Source: Gammaproteobacteria bacterium
GTDB taxonomy: Bacteria; Pseudomonadota; Gammaproteobacteria; DAOVJZ01
Direction: 5' to 3'
Length of the DNA stretch: 64,000 bases
Assembly (NCBI GenBank): GCA_029882995.1
Contig: JAOUJV010000002.1
Span: 7,330-71,329, forward strand
The notes beneath the pieces are model-generated. The model made no database searches. It worked only from the letters and a program-made list of their open reading frames with translations, and was not told the DNA's origin. Of this stretch, positions 30,556 through 41,529 are shown piece by piece. How positions within the stretch are numbered: the stretch's first letter is position 1; each line of letters begins with the position of its first letter. The position numbers and the translations under genes are program-made.

Positions 30556-31179
30556 ATGAAATGGATGAATATCAACTTCATTAGTCAATATGGTATTAGT
30601 GGGTTATTACGGCTTGTTATTGATCTGATTTGTACAAAACTGTTTATATCTTCTAAGACTCGTATAATACGACGTCCGGTATATATCCGCGGAAAAAAAT
30701 ATATTGATTTTGGAGAGAACTTAACGACTGGCGTTGCTGTGAGGCTAGACGCATTTCCTGAGGGAGATGCAAATGCAAAATGTATTATTTTTGGTAATAA
30801 TGTTCAGCTTAATGACTATGTTCATATTGCCGCAGTAATTAGCGTGACTATTGGCAACAATGTACTGATTGCGAGCAAGGTATTTATTTCTGATCATAAT
30901 CATGGTGGATATGGTACAGATGGTTATCATGACTCTCCCGATATCGCCCCAATTTTGCGACCACTTAGGGCAAAATCCGTAATTATTGAAGATAATGTCT
31001 GGATAGGAGAATTGGTATCAATTTTACCAGGGGTGACAATTGGGCAGGGTGCAGTTATTGGTGCGATGTCTGTTGTGAATAAAGATATTCCTCCATATTG
31101 TGTTGCAGTTGGTGTGCCAGCTCGTGTGATAAAAAAATATGACCCTGATATCAGAGAATGGGTAGAGACAAAAAATTAA
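30556..31179 (+). CDS. Hexapeptide-repeat (left-handed beta-helix) O-acetyltransferase, WcaF/LacA-like.
   Basis: Repeated [LIV]-G-x-x-x-x units, for example 'IIFGNNVQLNDYVHIAAVISVTIGNNVLIASKVFISDHNHG' and 'VWIGELVSILPGVTIGQGAVIGAMSVV'. The start at 30556 avoids overlap with the upstream stop. Confidence 0.7.
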   Translation: MKWMNINFISQYGISGLLRLVIDLICTKLFISSKTRIIRRPVYIRGKKYIDFGENLTTGVAVRLDAFPEGDANAKCIIFGNNVQLNDYVHIAAVISVTIGNNVLIASKVFISDHNHGGYGTDGYHDSPDIAPILRPLRAKSVIIEDNVWIGELVSILPGVTIGQGAVIGAMSVVNKDIPPYCVAVGVPARVIKKYDPDIREWVETKN

Positions 31180-32261
31180 TTGTGATTACAGCGATTAATT
31201 TTGCTGATGGCGGTCCATTATCAATATTAAAAGATTGCCTGCGTTATGTGGCAGAAAATCTTTCGGAACGCTTCGAAATTGTTGCTTTGGTGCATAATAA
31301 AGAATTATTTAATATTCCTAATGTGCATTTCAAGGAATTTCCCTATGCAAAGAGATCGTGGTTAATCCGTTTATACTATGAATGGTTTTACTTCAATAAA
31401 CTATCGGCTCGGCTAAAGCCATTTCTTTGGTTATCTTTGCATGATATTACCCCAAGAGTTAACGCAGAAAGATCTGCTGTTTATTGCCATAATCCCTCAC
31501 CGTTCTATGATATTAGCTTTAAAGAAGTCTGGCTTGATCCTGTTTTTTTATTATTTAATAAGCTGTATTCTTTTCTTTATAGAATAAATATTCATAATAA
31601 TGATTGGGTAATAGTCCAGCAAGAATGGCTTAGACAGGAATTTAAAGCGCGGTACTCCCCAAAAGAAATTATAGTTGCTCATCCAGAGTTAATATGGGAT
31701 GAGCAATCAGGCTCTGACAGAGGTAATGGCAGGGCGAAAAAAACATTTTTATTTCCAACGTACCCAAGGGTATTTAAAAATATAGATCTAATAGGTGAGG
31801 CTGCTTGCTTGCTAGAAGATGCAGGTTATAAAAATTACGAAATTAAAATCACAATAGATGGTTCCGAGAATCGATATGCAAAAGATATAGTGCATCGTTT
31901 CTCGGCGAACTCATCGATTAAATTCATCGGGATTCAATCAAGAGAGCAAGTCTTCAAGCTGTATGAGGAAGCTGATTGCTTAATTTTCCCTTCTAAATTA
32001 GAAACATGGGGCATGCCAATATCGGAGTATAAACTATTGGGGAAACCTGTTTTGGTTGCAGATTTACCCTACGCACATGAGACAGTTGGTCAATACGACA
32101 AAGTCATGTTTTTTCCTCCGACTGATGCAAGTCAGCTAGCAAATTATATGATGAGATTGATTGATGGGAAATTACAATTTGATTCACATGATGCTATTGT
32201 TCCACCGCAGCCATTTGCACACAACTGGAAGAGTTTATTTGAAATATTATTGCAGAAGTGA
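31158..32261 (+). CDS. Glycosyltransferase (GT-B, GT4-like).
   Basis: C-terminal 'ADCLIFPSKLETWGMPISEYKLLGKPVLVADLPYAHE' is an EX7E-type motif. The start is ambiguous: ATG at 31158 or GTG at 31182. Confidence 0.6.
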   Translation: MGRDKKLIVITAINFADGGPLSILKDCLRYVAENLSERFEIVALVHNKELFNIPNVHFKEFPYAKRSWLIRLYYEWFYFNKLSARLKPFLWLSLHDITPRVNAERSAVYCHNPSPFYDISFKEVWLDPVFLLFNKLYSFLYRINIHNNDWVIVQQEWLRQEFKARYSPKEIIVAHPELIWDEQSGSDRGNGRAKKTFLFPTYPRVFKNIDLIGEAACLLEDAGYKNYEIKITIDGSENRYAKDIVHRFSANSSIKFIGIQSREQVFKLYEEADCLIFPSKLETWGMPISEYKLLGKPVLVADLPYAHETVGQYDKVMFFPPTDASQLANYMMRLIDGKLQFDSHDAIVPPQPFAHNWKSLFEILLQK

Positions 32262-32318
32262 ATGTTCAAAGAATAAATTTATTATATTATGTATGAAAAA
32301 TAGTGCTAAAAATAACCG

Positions 32319-33071
32319 ATGAAGGTATCAGTATCAATTGTAAGTCATGGGCAAGGGGAGTTGGTTGATGCCCTGCTGGAGGACTTGAAACAGCATTGCG
32401 ATACTGTAACGGAAGTGTTGTTGACAATAAATATACAAGAAGAACTCCCTTTTTTATTGAACGATTTTCCATTTCAGATAAGAGTAATAAAAAATGAGCA
32501 AGCCAGAGGGTTTGCAGAAAATCATAATGCAGCGTTTAAAATGGCATTGTGTGATTTTTTTTGTGTGCTTAATCCAGATATCAGGTTAGATAACAATCCA
32601 TTTCCAGCATTATTGAATTGTATTGAAAATGGCAAGATCGGGATTGCCGCACCTAGAGTAATAAATTCAGATGGTAATCTGGAAGATAATGCACGGCCAT
32701 TCCCCACGCCACTTACAATTTTAGCAAAATCATTAAGGCTTAATGCTACAACCTATCCAGCTAACCATGAAGAATTATTTCCTGATTGGGTGGCGGGAAT
32801 GTTTATGTTATTTCCGGCAGGTGTCTATCGTGAGATGAATGGTTTTGATGATGGGTATTTCCTGTATTATGAAGATGTGGATATTTGTGCTCGACTATCC
32901 CTTGCGGGTTACCATGTTGCATGGTGCTCGGAAGCGACTGTAGTTCATAATGCACAGAGAGCTAGTCACAACAACCTAAAATATTTTTTCTGGCATTTAA
33001 AGAGTATAACGCGATTTTTCTTTTCCTCTGTTTATTGGCGAATTCGTCGTCTTTCCAGTAAAACTGTATGA
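32319..33071 (+). CDS. Glycosyltransferase family 2.
   Basis: 'VSVSIVSHGQGELV' and 'LNPDIRL...' with DxD-like motifs. About 250 aa, GT2. Confidence 0.65.
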   Translation: MKVSVSIVSHGQGELVDALLEDLKQHCDTVTEVLLTINIQEELPFLLNDFPFQIRVIKNEQARGFAENHNAAFKMALCDFFCVLNPDIRLDNNPFPALLNCIENGKIGIAAPRVINSDGNLEDNARPFPTPLTILAKSLRLNATTYPANHEELFPDWVAGMFMLFPAGVYREMNGFDDGYFLYYEDVDICARLSLAGYHVAWCSEATVVHNAQRASHNNLKYFFWHLKSITRFFFSSVYWRIRRLSSKTV

Positions 33072-34021
33072 AGATACTTGTGAGTGGTGCTAATGGTTTT
33101 ATTGGTCGCGCATTGTGCACGGAATTATTACGCCAGAAACATGAGGTTAGATGTGTTGTGCGTGATAAAATTCATTCGGAAGATCTGTTAGGTGAGATTG
33201 TCGAAGTTGGTGAGATAAACTCAAAGACTGAATGGAAAACAGTATTTAAAGATATAGAAACTGTTATTCATTTGGCAGCACGTGTACATGTTATGTCCGA
33301 ATCTTCAGATGACCCTCTCGCAGCATTTCGTGCTATTAATGTTGATGGAACCGAGAACATGGCATATGCGGCTGCAAAGCAGGGGGTAAAGCGGTTTATT
33401 TATATAAGCTCTATAAAGGTAAATGGGGAACGGACAACTTCGACATGCTTTACTGAAAATGATTTTCCTGGACCAGAAGATCCATATGGGGTTTCCAAGT
33501 ATGAATCTGAGCAGGTATTACAATGTGTTTCAAGAGATACTGGCCTTGAAGTAGTGACCATTCGACCTCCATTAGTATATGGAGCAGGGGTAGGGGGTAA
33601 TTTTCTACGCTTGTTGAGGATGGCAGATTGGAATATTCCACTCCCATTAGCATTGGTAAATAACCGGCGCAGTATGATATATCTTGGTAATCTGGTTGAT
33701 GTATTAATCGTTTGTGCAACTCGTCCAGAAGCAGCAGGGAAAACCTATTTAGTAAGCGATGGTAAAGATATATCGACATCACAGTTGATTAGAAACATTA
33801 AACAGTTGATGCAAAAACCCTGTTGGTTATGGCCATTCCCGCCTTCGTTACTAATTCTGGCAAGCAAGCTAGTAGGAAAGTCTGCAGAATTGGAGCGATT
33901 AATTGGCTCATTAGTAATCGATAGCTCGAAAATTAAAAAGGAATTAGCATGGTCGCCACCTTTTACTGTGGAGCAAGGTCTGGCAGAAATGGTACATTGG
34001 TTTCAGAATCAATATAGATAA
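33068..34021 (+). CDS. NAD-dependent epimerase/dehydratase, WbpV/WbpK-like (UDP-sugar 4-keto reductase or epimerase).
   Basis: 'ILVSGANGFIGRAL', YxxxK-type SDR. It is immediately upstream of a WbpL-like gene, as in Pseudomonas wbpV-wbpL-wbpM. Confidence 0.65.
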   Translation: MKILVSGANGFIGRALCTELLRQKHEVRCVVRDKIHSEDLLGEIVEVGEINSKTEWKTVFKDIETVIHLAARVHVMSESSDDPLAAFRAINVDGTENMAYAAAKQGVKRFIYISSIKVNGERTTSTCFTENDFPGPEDPYGVSKYESEQVLQCVSRDTGLEVVTIRPPLVYGAGVGGNFLRLLRMADWNIPLPLALVNNRRSMIYLGNLVDVLIVCATRPEAAGKTYLVSDGKDISTSQLIRNIKQLMQKPCWLWPFPPSLLILASKLVGKSAELERLIGSLVIDSSKIKKELAWSPPFTVEQGLAEMVHWFQNQYR

Positions 34022-34053
34022 GTAATTATTAACCTAATAAAGTAAAAACAGAG

Positions 34054-35082
34054 ATGATAACCTTAATAATTATTCCCGCTTTTATCATTTCCGCATTATT
34101 TATTCATATGTTTTTAAATCCAAAGTCACGTTTCCATATTCTTGATCGGCCTAATGAGAGGTCTCTTCATGGGATTCCTGTTCCACGTAGTGGTGGTATT
34201 GCAATAATATTATCATTTATATTGTGTCTTGTGGGTGTTATGGCGTACTCAAGCGATCTCACTCAAATTATATGGATTATAAGTGGTGTTTTCATAGTGG
34301 CGGCAATTAGTTTCATTGATGATTTAAAAGGTGTAGCTCCAGCATATAGAATGTTTGTGCATTCTTTAGCTGTATGTGTTCTTTTGGGAAGTGGATCATA
34401 TATTGTTAGTATAGAATTACCCGGGGCATTATTAGAAATGCCTGTGTTAATAGGATTGTTGATTAGCATACTGTTTGGTGTATGGATGATTAATCTTTAT
34501 AATTTTATGGATGGTATGGATGGTTTTTCAGGTGGAATGTCTGTATTTGGTTTTGGCACTTTAGCAATGCTTGGAAGTTTGAAGGGATATGAATTATTTA
34601 CGATTTTAAATTTAATTATTGTTGGATCTTCTATCGGATTTCTTGTGTTTAACTTTCCACCTGCACGGATTTTTATGGGAGATGTGGGTTCGGCAACACT
34701 CGGTTATTTAGCCGTAGTAATGATTTATTGGGCGGATAAGGAAAAAATATTCCCCTTCTGGATTTCTTTGCTGGTATTTTCACCATTTATTATCGATGCT
34801 ACCGTGACTCTGATACGGAGGTCAATGCAGGGCAGGAAAATATGGCAAGCACATAGCACACATTATTACCAACGTTTAGTGAAAGCAGGATGGGGGCATA
34901 GAAAAACAGTGCTGGTAGAATACGGAATTATGTTAGGTTGTAGTTTAACAGCCATATTAGTTGCTAATGGTTCCGTCACCATGCAGATGGTTGCGCTGTT
35001 TTTTTGGGGTTTGTTTTACACAAGCTTTTTTTTATGGGTGACATATTACGAAAGAATACGTCATTCGGGAACAGGTACATAG
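34054..35082 (+). CDS. wbpL: Undecaprenyl-phosphate HexNAc-1-phosphate transferase (GT4 MraY/WecA family), WbpL-like initiating transferase.
   Basis: A polytopic membrane protein with the conserved 'NLYNFMDGMDG' and 'FMGDVGS' motifs of WecA/WbpL. Confidence 0.8.
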   Translation: MITLIIIPAFIISALFIHMFLNPKSRFHILDRPNERSLHGIPVPRSGGIAIILSFILCLVGVMAYSSDLTQIIWIISGVFIVAAISFIDDLKGVAPAYRMFVHSLAVCVLLGSGSYIVSIELPGALLEMPVLIGLLISILFGVWMINLYNFMDGMDGFSGGMSVFGFGTLAMLGSLKGYELFTILNLIIVGSSIGFLVFNFPPARIFMGDVGSATLGYLAVVMIYWADKEKIFPFWISLLVFSPFIIDATVTLIRRSMQGRKIWQAHSTHYYQRLVKAGWGHRKTVLVEYGIMLGCSLTAILVANGSVTMQMVALFFWGLFYTSFFLWVTYYERIRHSGTGT

Positions 35083-35192
35083 CTATTATTATATTCATAC
35101 ATAGCCGAGTGTTGATATTGGAACGAGCTATACTAAACTTTAGTTATTGCAAATGATTACTACTCATAAAGACAAATGCAACAGAAACCAAT

Positions 35193-37115
35193 ATGAAAAA
35201 AATGAACCTACGTGTTAGTGTTGTTATGCATGACATTTTAATGGTGTCATTAGCATGGGTATTCGCCTATTCAACTCGCTATAACTTCAACCTATATGGG
35301 ATTGGATGGGGACCAATGATAAGTTCGTTGCCGTTTGTTATTTTTACACAAGGATTGATTTTATGGTGGTTGAAGTTATACAAAGGGGTTTGGCGTTTTG
35401 CAAGTATTCCTGACTTGTGGAATATTCTAAGATCGGTAGTTGTTGGTGCACTATCAGTTGCGGCCACCTTGTTTCTGGTAAACCGTTTGCAAGGTATTCC
35501 ACGCGCGTCCCTTATTCTTTATCCAATTTTTCTAATATTATTGCTTGGTGGGCCTAGATTAGTATATCGTATGTGGAAGGATCATGGATTACTGAACATT
35601 AATAGTTTACATAGAAAAAGAGTGCTAATTATTGGAGCAGGACGAGCAGGCGATATGTTGGCAAGGGATATGCTTCGTGATCATGATTTTATGCCAATAG
35701 GTTATTTAGATGATCAGGAAAAACTGGTTGGTGCAAAAATGCAGGGTATCCCCGTATTGGGTGCAATCAATAAATTACCAGAGATTGTTGATAAAGAAGA
35801 GATTGATTCAATTGTTATAGCGATACCTTCAGCTTCGAATTCAGCCATGCAAAAAATTGTTGAATTGTGTGAGCACACAAATATTCCATTCAGGACGTTA
35901 CCTCGTATGAGAGGAAGCGCAAATCATCACCCCAGTGTTAGCGAACTAAAAGAGGTCGCGATTGAAGACATTCTTGGACGAGATCCGGTTTCACTCGACT
36001 GGAAAAACATCAGAAATCACTATGTAGGGAAGACGATTCTGGTAAGTGGTGGTGGTGGTTCTATTGGTTCTGAATTATGCCGTCAAATATCGCGATTGGG
36101 CCCAGCATCATTAATTATATTTGACATCAGTGAATATAATTTATATTCAATTCAAATGGAATTAGGGGAAAAATTCCCAAACATCCCGATCCATGCGGTG
36201 TTAGGGGATGTATGTGATGATAAAGCTGTAGAACATATGATGGGTAAATATCACCCGGATATCATTTTCCATGCAGCAGCCTATAAACATGTTCCTATGT
36301 TACAGGAGCAAATCAGGGAAGCAGTTTATAATAACGTGATGGGGACAAGGAATCTGGCGCTGGCTGCAGACAAATTCAAGTGCTCTACCTTTATAATGAT
36401 TTCTACTGACAAGGCTGTAAATCCAACGAATGTAATGGGTGCGACCAAGCGCTCTGCAGAAATATTTTGCCAGAATTTCGATGCGCTATCAGAAACTGCA
36501 TTTATTACGGTCAGGTTCGGCAATGTACTGGGTTCTGCCGGAAGTGTGGTACCGTTATTTCAAGAACAGATTGCCAATGGTGGCCCAATTACGGTTACCC
36601 ATCCTGATATTATCCGATATTTCATGACCATACCTGAGGCCAGTCAGTTGATTATGCAGTCAGGCATAATGGGTGATGGCGGGGAAATATATGTCCTTGA
36701 GATGGGTGAACCTGTTAAAATAACCTACCTCGCAGAACAGATGATAAGGCTTTCTGGCAAGAAACCAGGCGAGGATATAGAGATTGTATATACAGGATTG
36801 AGGCCGGGCGAGAAACTATATGAAGAATTATTCTATAAAGATGAATCTCTCCTTGATACAGGACATAGCAAGATATTATTAGCAAATAGTAGAAAATCAG
36901 ACTGGAAATATATAGAAGAGATGATGAATAAAATGTCTGTCGCATGCATTGAATTCAATGAAAAAGAAATCAAATCATTATTAAAAGAGTTCATTCCGGA
37001 AATGTCTGACACAAAAGTCCAGTCTAAAAAACAACTAGACTTACTGGAACCAAGAGAAAAAAAATTAGCTACATCAAAGAAAGAAACAGCAACAAATCCA
37101 AGAACATTTCATTAA
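35193..37115 (+). CDS. wbpM: Membrane-anchored UDP-GlcNAc 4,6-dehydratase, WbpM/CapD/PglF family.
   Basis: 640 aa with N-terminal TM helices, '[15 protein letters not shown]' and '[14 protein letters not shown]' (double Rossmann), and the CapD catalytic region. Confidence 0.85.
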   Translation: MKKMNLRVSVVMHDILMVSLAWVFAYSTRYNFNLYGIGWGPMISSLPFVIFTQGLILWWLKLYKGVWRFASIPDLWNILRSVVVGALSVAATLFLVNRLQGIPRASLILYPIFLILLLGGPRLVYRMWKDHGLLNINSLHRKRVLIIGAGRAGDMLARDMLRDHDFMPIGYLDDQEKLVGAKMQGIPVLGAINKLPEIVDKEEIDSIVIAIPSASNSAMQKIVELCEHTNIPFRTLPRMRGSANHHPSVSELKEVAIEDILGRDPVSLDWKNIRNHYVGKTILVSGGGGSIGSELCRQISRLGPASLIIFDISEYNLYSIQMELGEKFPNIPIHAVLGDVCDDKAVEHMMGKYHPDIIFHAAAYKHVPMLQEQIREAVYNNVMGTRNLALAADKFKCSTFIMISTDKAVNPTNVMGATKRSAEIFCQNFDALSETAFITVRFGNVLGSAGSVVPLFQEQIANGGPITVTHPDIIRYFMTIPEASQLIMQSGIMGDGGEIYVLEMGEPVKITYLAEQMIRLSGKKPGEDIEIVYTGLRPGEKLYEELFYKDESLLDTGHSKILLANSRKSDWKYIEEMMNKMSVACIEFNEKEIKSLLKEFIPEMSDTKVQSKKQLDLLEPREKKLATSKKETATNPRTFH

Positions 37116-37125
37116 GCAGGTTAAA

Positions 37126-37998
37126 ATGAGTAAGATTAGAAAGATAGTATTCCCGGTCGCGGGTATGGGAACGCGTTTTTTGCCAGCCACCAAGGCAAGC
37201 GCAAAAGAAATGATGCCAGTCGTCGACAAACCCTTGATTCAGTATGCAGCAGAAGAAGCAATCGCAGCGGGCTATGATCAACTTATTTTTGTTACAGGTC
37301 GAGGAAAACGTGCGATTGCTGATCATTTTGATGTTTCTTATGAGCTCGAAATGGAGCTGGAAGCGCGTGGTAAAGAAGAGTTATTAAAGGAAGTTAGAAA
37401 GATATTACCTAGCCATGTTGATATTGTGTATGTTCGCCAGCCACAGCCTTTGGGGCTAGGACATGCAGTGTTGATGGCGAAGAGGGTTGTTGGGAATGAA
37501 GCCTTTGCCATTACACTTGCAGATGACCTTATTGATGGCTTTAATAAACCAGTTCTTGCACAGATGAATGATGTATTTGAAAGAACCGGTAGAAGTGTGC
37601 TGGCAGTAGAAGATGTGCCAAAAGATGAGACTCATAAATATGGTATTGTTGATTCAGTTCCACTCGATGACAAGACCGGACGATTAAAAGGCATTGTTGA
37701 AAAACCCGATCCAGCATCTGCACCATCTAATCTGGCTGTTGTAGGCCGTTATATTTTGACGCCACGCATTTTTGAGATACTGGAATCAACGGATCGTGGT
37801 GCAGGTGGTGAAATACAGTTGACTGATGCGATTGCAAAACTACTACAGGAACAGGATGTCATTTCTTATCGTTATGATGGAAAACGCTATGATTGTGGTA
37901 GTAAGCTGGGATATTTAATTGCTAATATTGAGTATGGTCTCAAACATCCTGAGCTGAAGAGTGAATTCAATCAATATTTAAAGAAATTTTCTTCCTAA
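37126..37998 (+). CDS. galU: UTP--glucose-1-phosphate uridylyltransferase.
   Basis: '[35 protein letters not shown]' is the GalU signature. Confidence 0.9.
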   Translation: MSKIRKIVFPVAGMGTRFLPATKASAKEMMPVVDKPLIQYAAEEAIAAGYDQLIFVTGRGKRAIADHFDVSYELEMELEARGKEELLKEVRKILPSHVDIVYVRQPQPLGLGHAVLMAKRVVGNEAFAITLADDLIDGFNKPVLAQMNDVFERTGRSVLAVEDVPKDETHKYGIVDSVPLDDKTGRLKGIVEKPDPASAPSNLAVVGRYILTPRIFEILESTDRGAGGEIQLTDAIAKLLQEQDVISYRYDGKRYDCGSKLGYLIANIEYGLKHPELKSEFNQYLKKFSS

Positions 37999-38005
37999 GA
38001 ATTGT

Positions 38006-38683
38006 TTAATTGCATTTCTGCGAAATTTTGCAATAGGCGCTGATGTCATTAAGGATCAATGCAAATATCTCTGATAGGCCACTGTTGAAATTAGTCACAA
38101 CATCATGCATGGAATCCCCGTTTACGGGGATTTCTTTTTTATATCTACGGGAAAGAATGTTCTCTTGTGCAGATTTTTTCAAAAAATTAATCTCAAGTTC
38201 AATATCAACCCTTGATGATGAGCCAACTACACGTTCAAATCGAAATAACTTTCCTTTGAGCAGGTAATCGTAGTTATTAGTTGTACCTGATGTATATACA
38301 TTCTGTAATGCCCCTGAGTCTTTAAAGTACCTGACCATCTGTTCCTGAATCATATTTGCGGGTGAATCAATCCAGTGATGATAATGGTACTGATTTAATA
38401 TCAGGCCTGAATCATCTTTTGTGTAAAGCATCGGCCTTTCTGAATGTAATGCATCGGTACTGAATCTTGATATAGACAAGGTTCCATTGATGGGCATCAA
38501 ATTGTATTCGTATTTTTTTACAGGCTTGATTGCAAGTCGATAAAAATTATCAGATGGAACAGGTAGGGAATTGGCGCAGCCTTGCAGTAAACCAAGTATT
38601 GAAATGGAAATTATTGCTGACAATATATGTAATAATATTTTATTCATGCTTACCAGCCTCACCTTCCTTGAGTTTTGCGCCAC
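38006..38683 (-). CDS. ABC-transport auxiliary lipoprotein (DUF330 / PqiC-YmbA-like) of the MCE system.
   Basis: Lipobox '...ILGLLQGC' after a signal peptide (start probably the Met at 38644). It is the last gene of the MCE operon. Confidence 0.55.
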   Translation of the reverse strand: MAQNSRKVRLVSMNKILLHILSAIISISILGLLQGCANSLPVPSDNFYRLAIKPVKKYEYNLMPINGTLSISRFSTDALHSERPMLYTKDDSGLILNQYHYHHWIDSPANMIQEQMVRYFKDSGALQNVYTSGTTNNYDYLLKGKLFRFERVVGSSSRVDIELEINFLKKSAQENILSRRYKKEIPVNGDSMHDVVTNFNSGLSEIFALILNDISAYCKISQKCN

Positions 38684-39569
38684 CTAATAGCAAGCCAGGA
38701 TTTTGCCTTATCTGGCGACTGAATTCGTTCATATTGCGACTTGTGGCATTCATATTATGCACAATGGTGTCAATATTCTGGGAGATGATCTCCATACTGG
38801 TGCGTAGTTCTTTGATAGCAATAATAAGATCAGGCCTTGATGAGTCAACCAGTGTGCCTGTATTGTAAATAACCTTGTTCATAGATGTGACAGCATGATT
38901 TATCTTGTCTGAAAGAATGGCAAAGTTTTTAGATGCATCTTCTGTGTTATTAATAATACTGACTACCTTATCCTTGCTGGATGAATTCATTATCTCATTC
39001 AATGCACCGGCACTTGCATTGAGTTGATTCAGAAGATTATCAAGTTTGTCCATAATCTGTGGCAACCCATCACCAAAACTCTGGTTAAGGTTGTCTATCA
39101 ACGGTTTCAGGCCATTTTTTGTTATCTGGTTGATATCAGCCGCCATATTGCTGATGACTTTCATGATATTGCCGCCAGGTTTGCTGGTGATCTCACCACC
39201 GGCACTAATATAGTCTTTTGAAACACCTTGCTTAATATCAATCACGATAGCAGCCAGCAAACCCGATGCCAGTATGCGACTTACACTGTCAGCCGGAATC
39301 TTCCAGCCCTTGTCAACAGAGAATATTATTTTATAAACCACACCGTTATCAGTCTGTTGGGGTTTGATGTCAACTACTTGCCCAAAACGATAGCCCTCAA
39401 ATGTAACCGGCGTTCCGCGTTTGACACCGGATATATTATTATATACAGAGTAATACTTTTCCTTTTCCCCAGTGTTGCCGGTGATATAAAACAATACGCC
39501 AATCAAAACCGCAAATGCAGTAATAACAAATGTGCCAACAACAAGATAATTTATTCTGTCATTTTTCAT
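38640..39569 (-). CDS. MCE-family (MlaD/Mce-like) substrate-binding protein with an extended helical C-terminus.
   Basis: N-terminal TM 'YLVVGTFVITAFAVLIGVLFY' followed by an MCE domain 'YYSVYNNISGVKRGTPVTFEGYRFGQVVDIKP', then a long coiled-coil tail. Confidence 0.8.
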   Translation of the reverse strand: MKNDRINYLVVGTFVITAFAVLIGVLFYITGNTGEKEKYYSVYNNISGVKRGTPVTFEGYRFGQVVDIKPQQTDNGVVYKIIFSVDKGWKIPADSVSRILASGLLAAIVIDIKQGVSKDYISAGGEITSKPGGNIMKVISNMAADINQITKNGLKPLIDNLNQSFGDGLPQIMDKLDNLLNQLNASAGALNEIMNSSSKDKVVSIINNTEDASKNFAILSDKINHAVTSMNKVIYNTGTLVDSSRPDLIIAIKELRTSMEIISQNIDTIVHNMNATSRNMNEFSRQIRQNPGLLLGGAKLKEGEAGKHE

Positions 39570-39573
39570 AATG

Positions 39574-40374
39574 CTAGATATTGTTTTCTCTGGTTAGTCT
39601 TTCCATGTATTCGTCCGAGTCTGGCTGTATATTTTCCGGAATACGGTTTATCAGCATTCTCACTCTAGGATGATCTGAATTTCTTATTTCTTCTTTGGTG
39701 CCGATTTGCACCAGCTTGCCTTTATCAAGAACGGCAATGCGATCAGCGATTTTCATGGCACTTTCAATTTCATGCGTAACTACCACAATACTCATATTCA
39801 TGGCACCTTTTAATGTCAGGATAAGCTCATCAAGTTCCGCTGATACCACCGGATCCAGTCCGGCAGAAGGCTCATCAAAAAACAGTAGCGCAGGATCCAT
39901 AATAATAGCTCTTGCAAGTGCAACCCTTTTTATCATGCCGCCAGAGAGCTGATCAGGCATAAGGTTCTCAAATCCGGCCAGATTGACGACTTCAAGCTTT
40001 ATTCTCATCATGATCTGCATGGTTTTGTCGTCAAGTTTAGTGTGTTCCTTTAATGGCAAAATAATATTTTCACCTACAGTCATGGAATTAAAGAGTGCTC
40101 CTCCCTGAAATGAGACCCCGATTTTCTGACGTAAATTACAAAGATCCTGCATACGCATGCTTTTAAGGTCTTGTCCAAACAATTCGACATCACCCGATGT
40201 GGGCTGATTTAGCCCAAGCATATGGCGGAGAAGGGTACTTTTACCGGAACCACTGCCACCCATAATTACCAGAATTTCATTTGTATTAACATGCAAATTA
40301 ATATCGCTGAGAATTTCAACATCATCATAATGAGTCGTCAGGTTTTTTATTAATGCAATAGGCGTATCTTCCAT
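39574..40374 (-). CDS. ABC transporter ATP-binding protein, MlaF/Mkl-like.
   Basis: Walker A 'GGSGSGKST', signature 'LSGGMIKRVALARAI', Walker B 'LLFFDEPSAGLD'. Confidence 0.85.
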   Translation of the reverse strand: MEDTPIALIKNLTTHYDDVEILSDINLHVNTNEILVIMGGSGSGKSTLLRHMLGLNQPTSGDVELFGQDLKSMRMQDLCNLRQKIGVSFQGGALFNSMTVGENIILPLKEHTKLDDKTMQIMMRIKLEVVNLAGFENLMPDQLSGGMIKRVALARAIIMDPALLFFDEPSAGLDPVVSAELDELILTLKGAMNMSIVVVTHEIESAMKIADRIAVLDKGKLVQIGTKEEIRNSDHPRVRMLINRIPENIQPDSDEYMERLTRENNI

Positions 40375-40383
40375 GATGTATCC

Positions 40384-41193
40384 TTATCGATTCAATATGA
40401 ATGTAAATATCATATCTGTAAGAATGATATAACTGATGGAAAGTACAACTGCACGTGTGGTTGCCTTGCCGACTCCTTCGGCTCCACCTTTGACCGAAAA
40501 GCCGTTAACTGCACCAGAAATAGTAATGATGATGGCGAATAGAAAACTCTTTAACATACCCTGGAGGATATCTTCTGCTTTTAGAATTGTCATCACCCGA
40601 TCAAAGTAGGCATAAAGGCTAATATCAATATTCATTGCAATGAATACGCCACCGCCAAACATGCCGATCACATCTGCCATAACAGTTAAGGCAGGAACCA
40701 TAATACACATGGCAATCAGTGCAGGTGAAACCAGATATCTGACAGGACTGATACCCATGACGCGCAGTGCATCAATTTCCTGTGAGATTTTCATAGTGCC
40801 TATTTTGGCAGCGATAGCGGAACCGCTTCGGCCTGAAATAATAATGCTTGTAATAAGGGGAGAAAATTCTCTTGTTATTGCGAGGGCAATACCTGGGATA
40901 ATGTGCGGTTCAGCGCCAAATTTTCTTAATGTATGTATTCCTTGAGTTGCCATCATAACACCAATCGCAAACATAAGGACTGCAACAATGGGAACAGCAG
41001 AGATCCCGATGGTCATCATTTCCCGTGCAGTATTGGATAGTCTGACCCTTTGCTTTTTAAATTGTCCGAACAATATCCAGTAAATACTTTCAGATAACAG
41101 GGAAAAGGCATAGCCTATCTCCTCCAGAAAATCGACAGTGTATTTTCCGGTTGACTCCGTAACTGCTATTAATCTGTTTTTGGATGCCGCCAT
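40384..41193 (-). CDS. ABC transporter permease, MlaE/YrbE-like.
   Basis: 269 aa, five or six TM helices, MlaE-family. Its start overlaps the STAS gene stop (TAATG). Confidence 0.8.
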   Translation of the reverse strand: MAASKNRLIAVTESTGKYTVDFLEEIGYAFSLLSESIYWILFGQFKKQRVRLSNTAREMMTIGISAVPIVAVLMFAIGVMMATQGIHTLRKFGAEPHIIPGIALAITREFSPLITSIIISGRSGSAIAAKIGTMKISQEIDALRVMGISPVRYLVSPALIAMCIMVPALTVMADVIGMFGGGVFIAMNIDISLYAYFDRVMTILKAEDILQGMLKSFLFAIIITISGAVNGFSVKGGAEGVGKATTRAVVLSISYIILTDMIFTFILNR

Positions 41194-41513
41194 TATTTAA
41201 TATCATCAAATGAATTATAAATTGTGAAAACATTATCAAGACGTGCCAGCTTCAACACATTCATTGCACCCTGACTCACACCAAGCAGGGCGAATTTAAT
41301 CTCATTTTTATTAGCGACCTGATATCCTTCAACCAGACATGCAATGCCCGAGCTGTCGATGTAGCTGACTTTTGAAAGATCAATCAACATATCATCGCCT
41401 TTCTTTAATTCTTTCAGTATTATTTTTCTGGCATCAGGCGAGCAGTAAAGATCAACCTCACCTTCAAGCATGATCACTGAATAGGTGCCATTTTTACTTA
41501 TGTTATATTCCAT
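41193..41513 (-). CDS. STAS-domain protein (anti-sigma-factor antagonist RsbV/SpoIIAA-like or MlaB-like).
   Basis: 106 aa. The 'IDLSKVSYIDSSGIACLV' STAS core includes a conserved Ser at the usual phosphorylation position. Confidence 0.75.
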   Translation of the reverse strand: MEYNISKNGTYSVIMLEGEVDLYCSPDARKIILKELKKGDDMLIDLSKVSYIDSSGIACLVEGYQVANKNEIKFALLGVSQGAMNVLKLARLDNVFTIYNSFDDIK

Positions 41514-41529
41514 TTCGTTTTCCTGCTGT

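Noticed and set aside
41193-41513. Considered annotating the STAS protein simply as MlaB.
   Set aside because: MlaB normally follows mlaC at the 3' end of the operon and has no kinase partner. Here the STAS gene is immediately preceded by a GHKL kinase and a PP2C phosphatase, and precedes the permease. It is reported as a partner-switching component with an MlaB-like role as a hypothesis, not as a named call.
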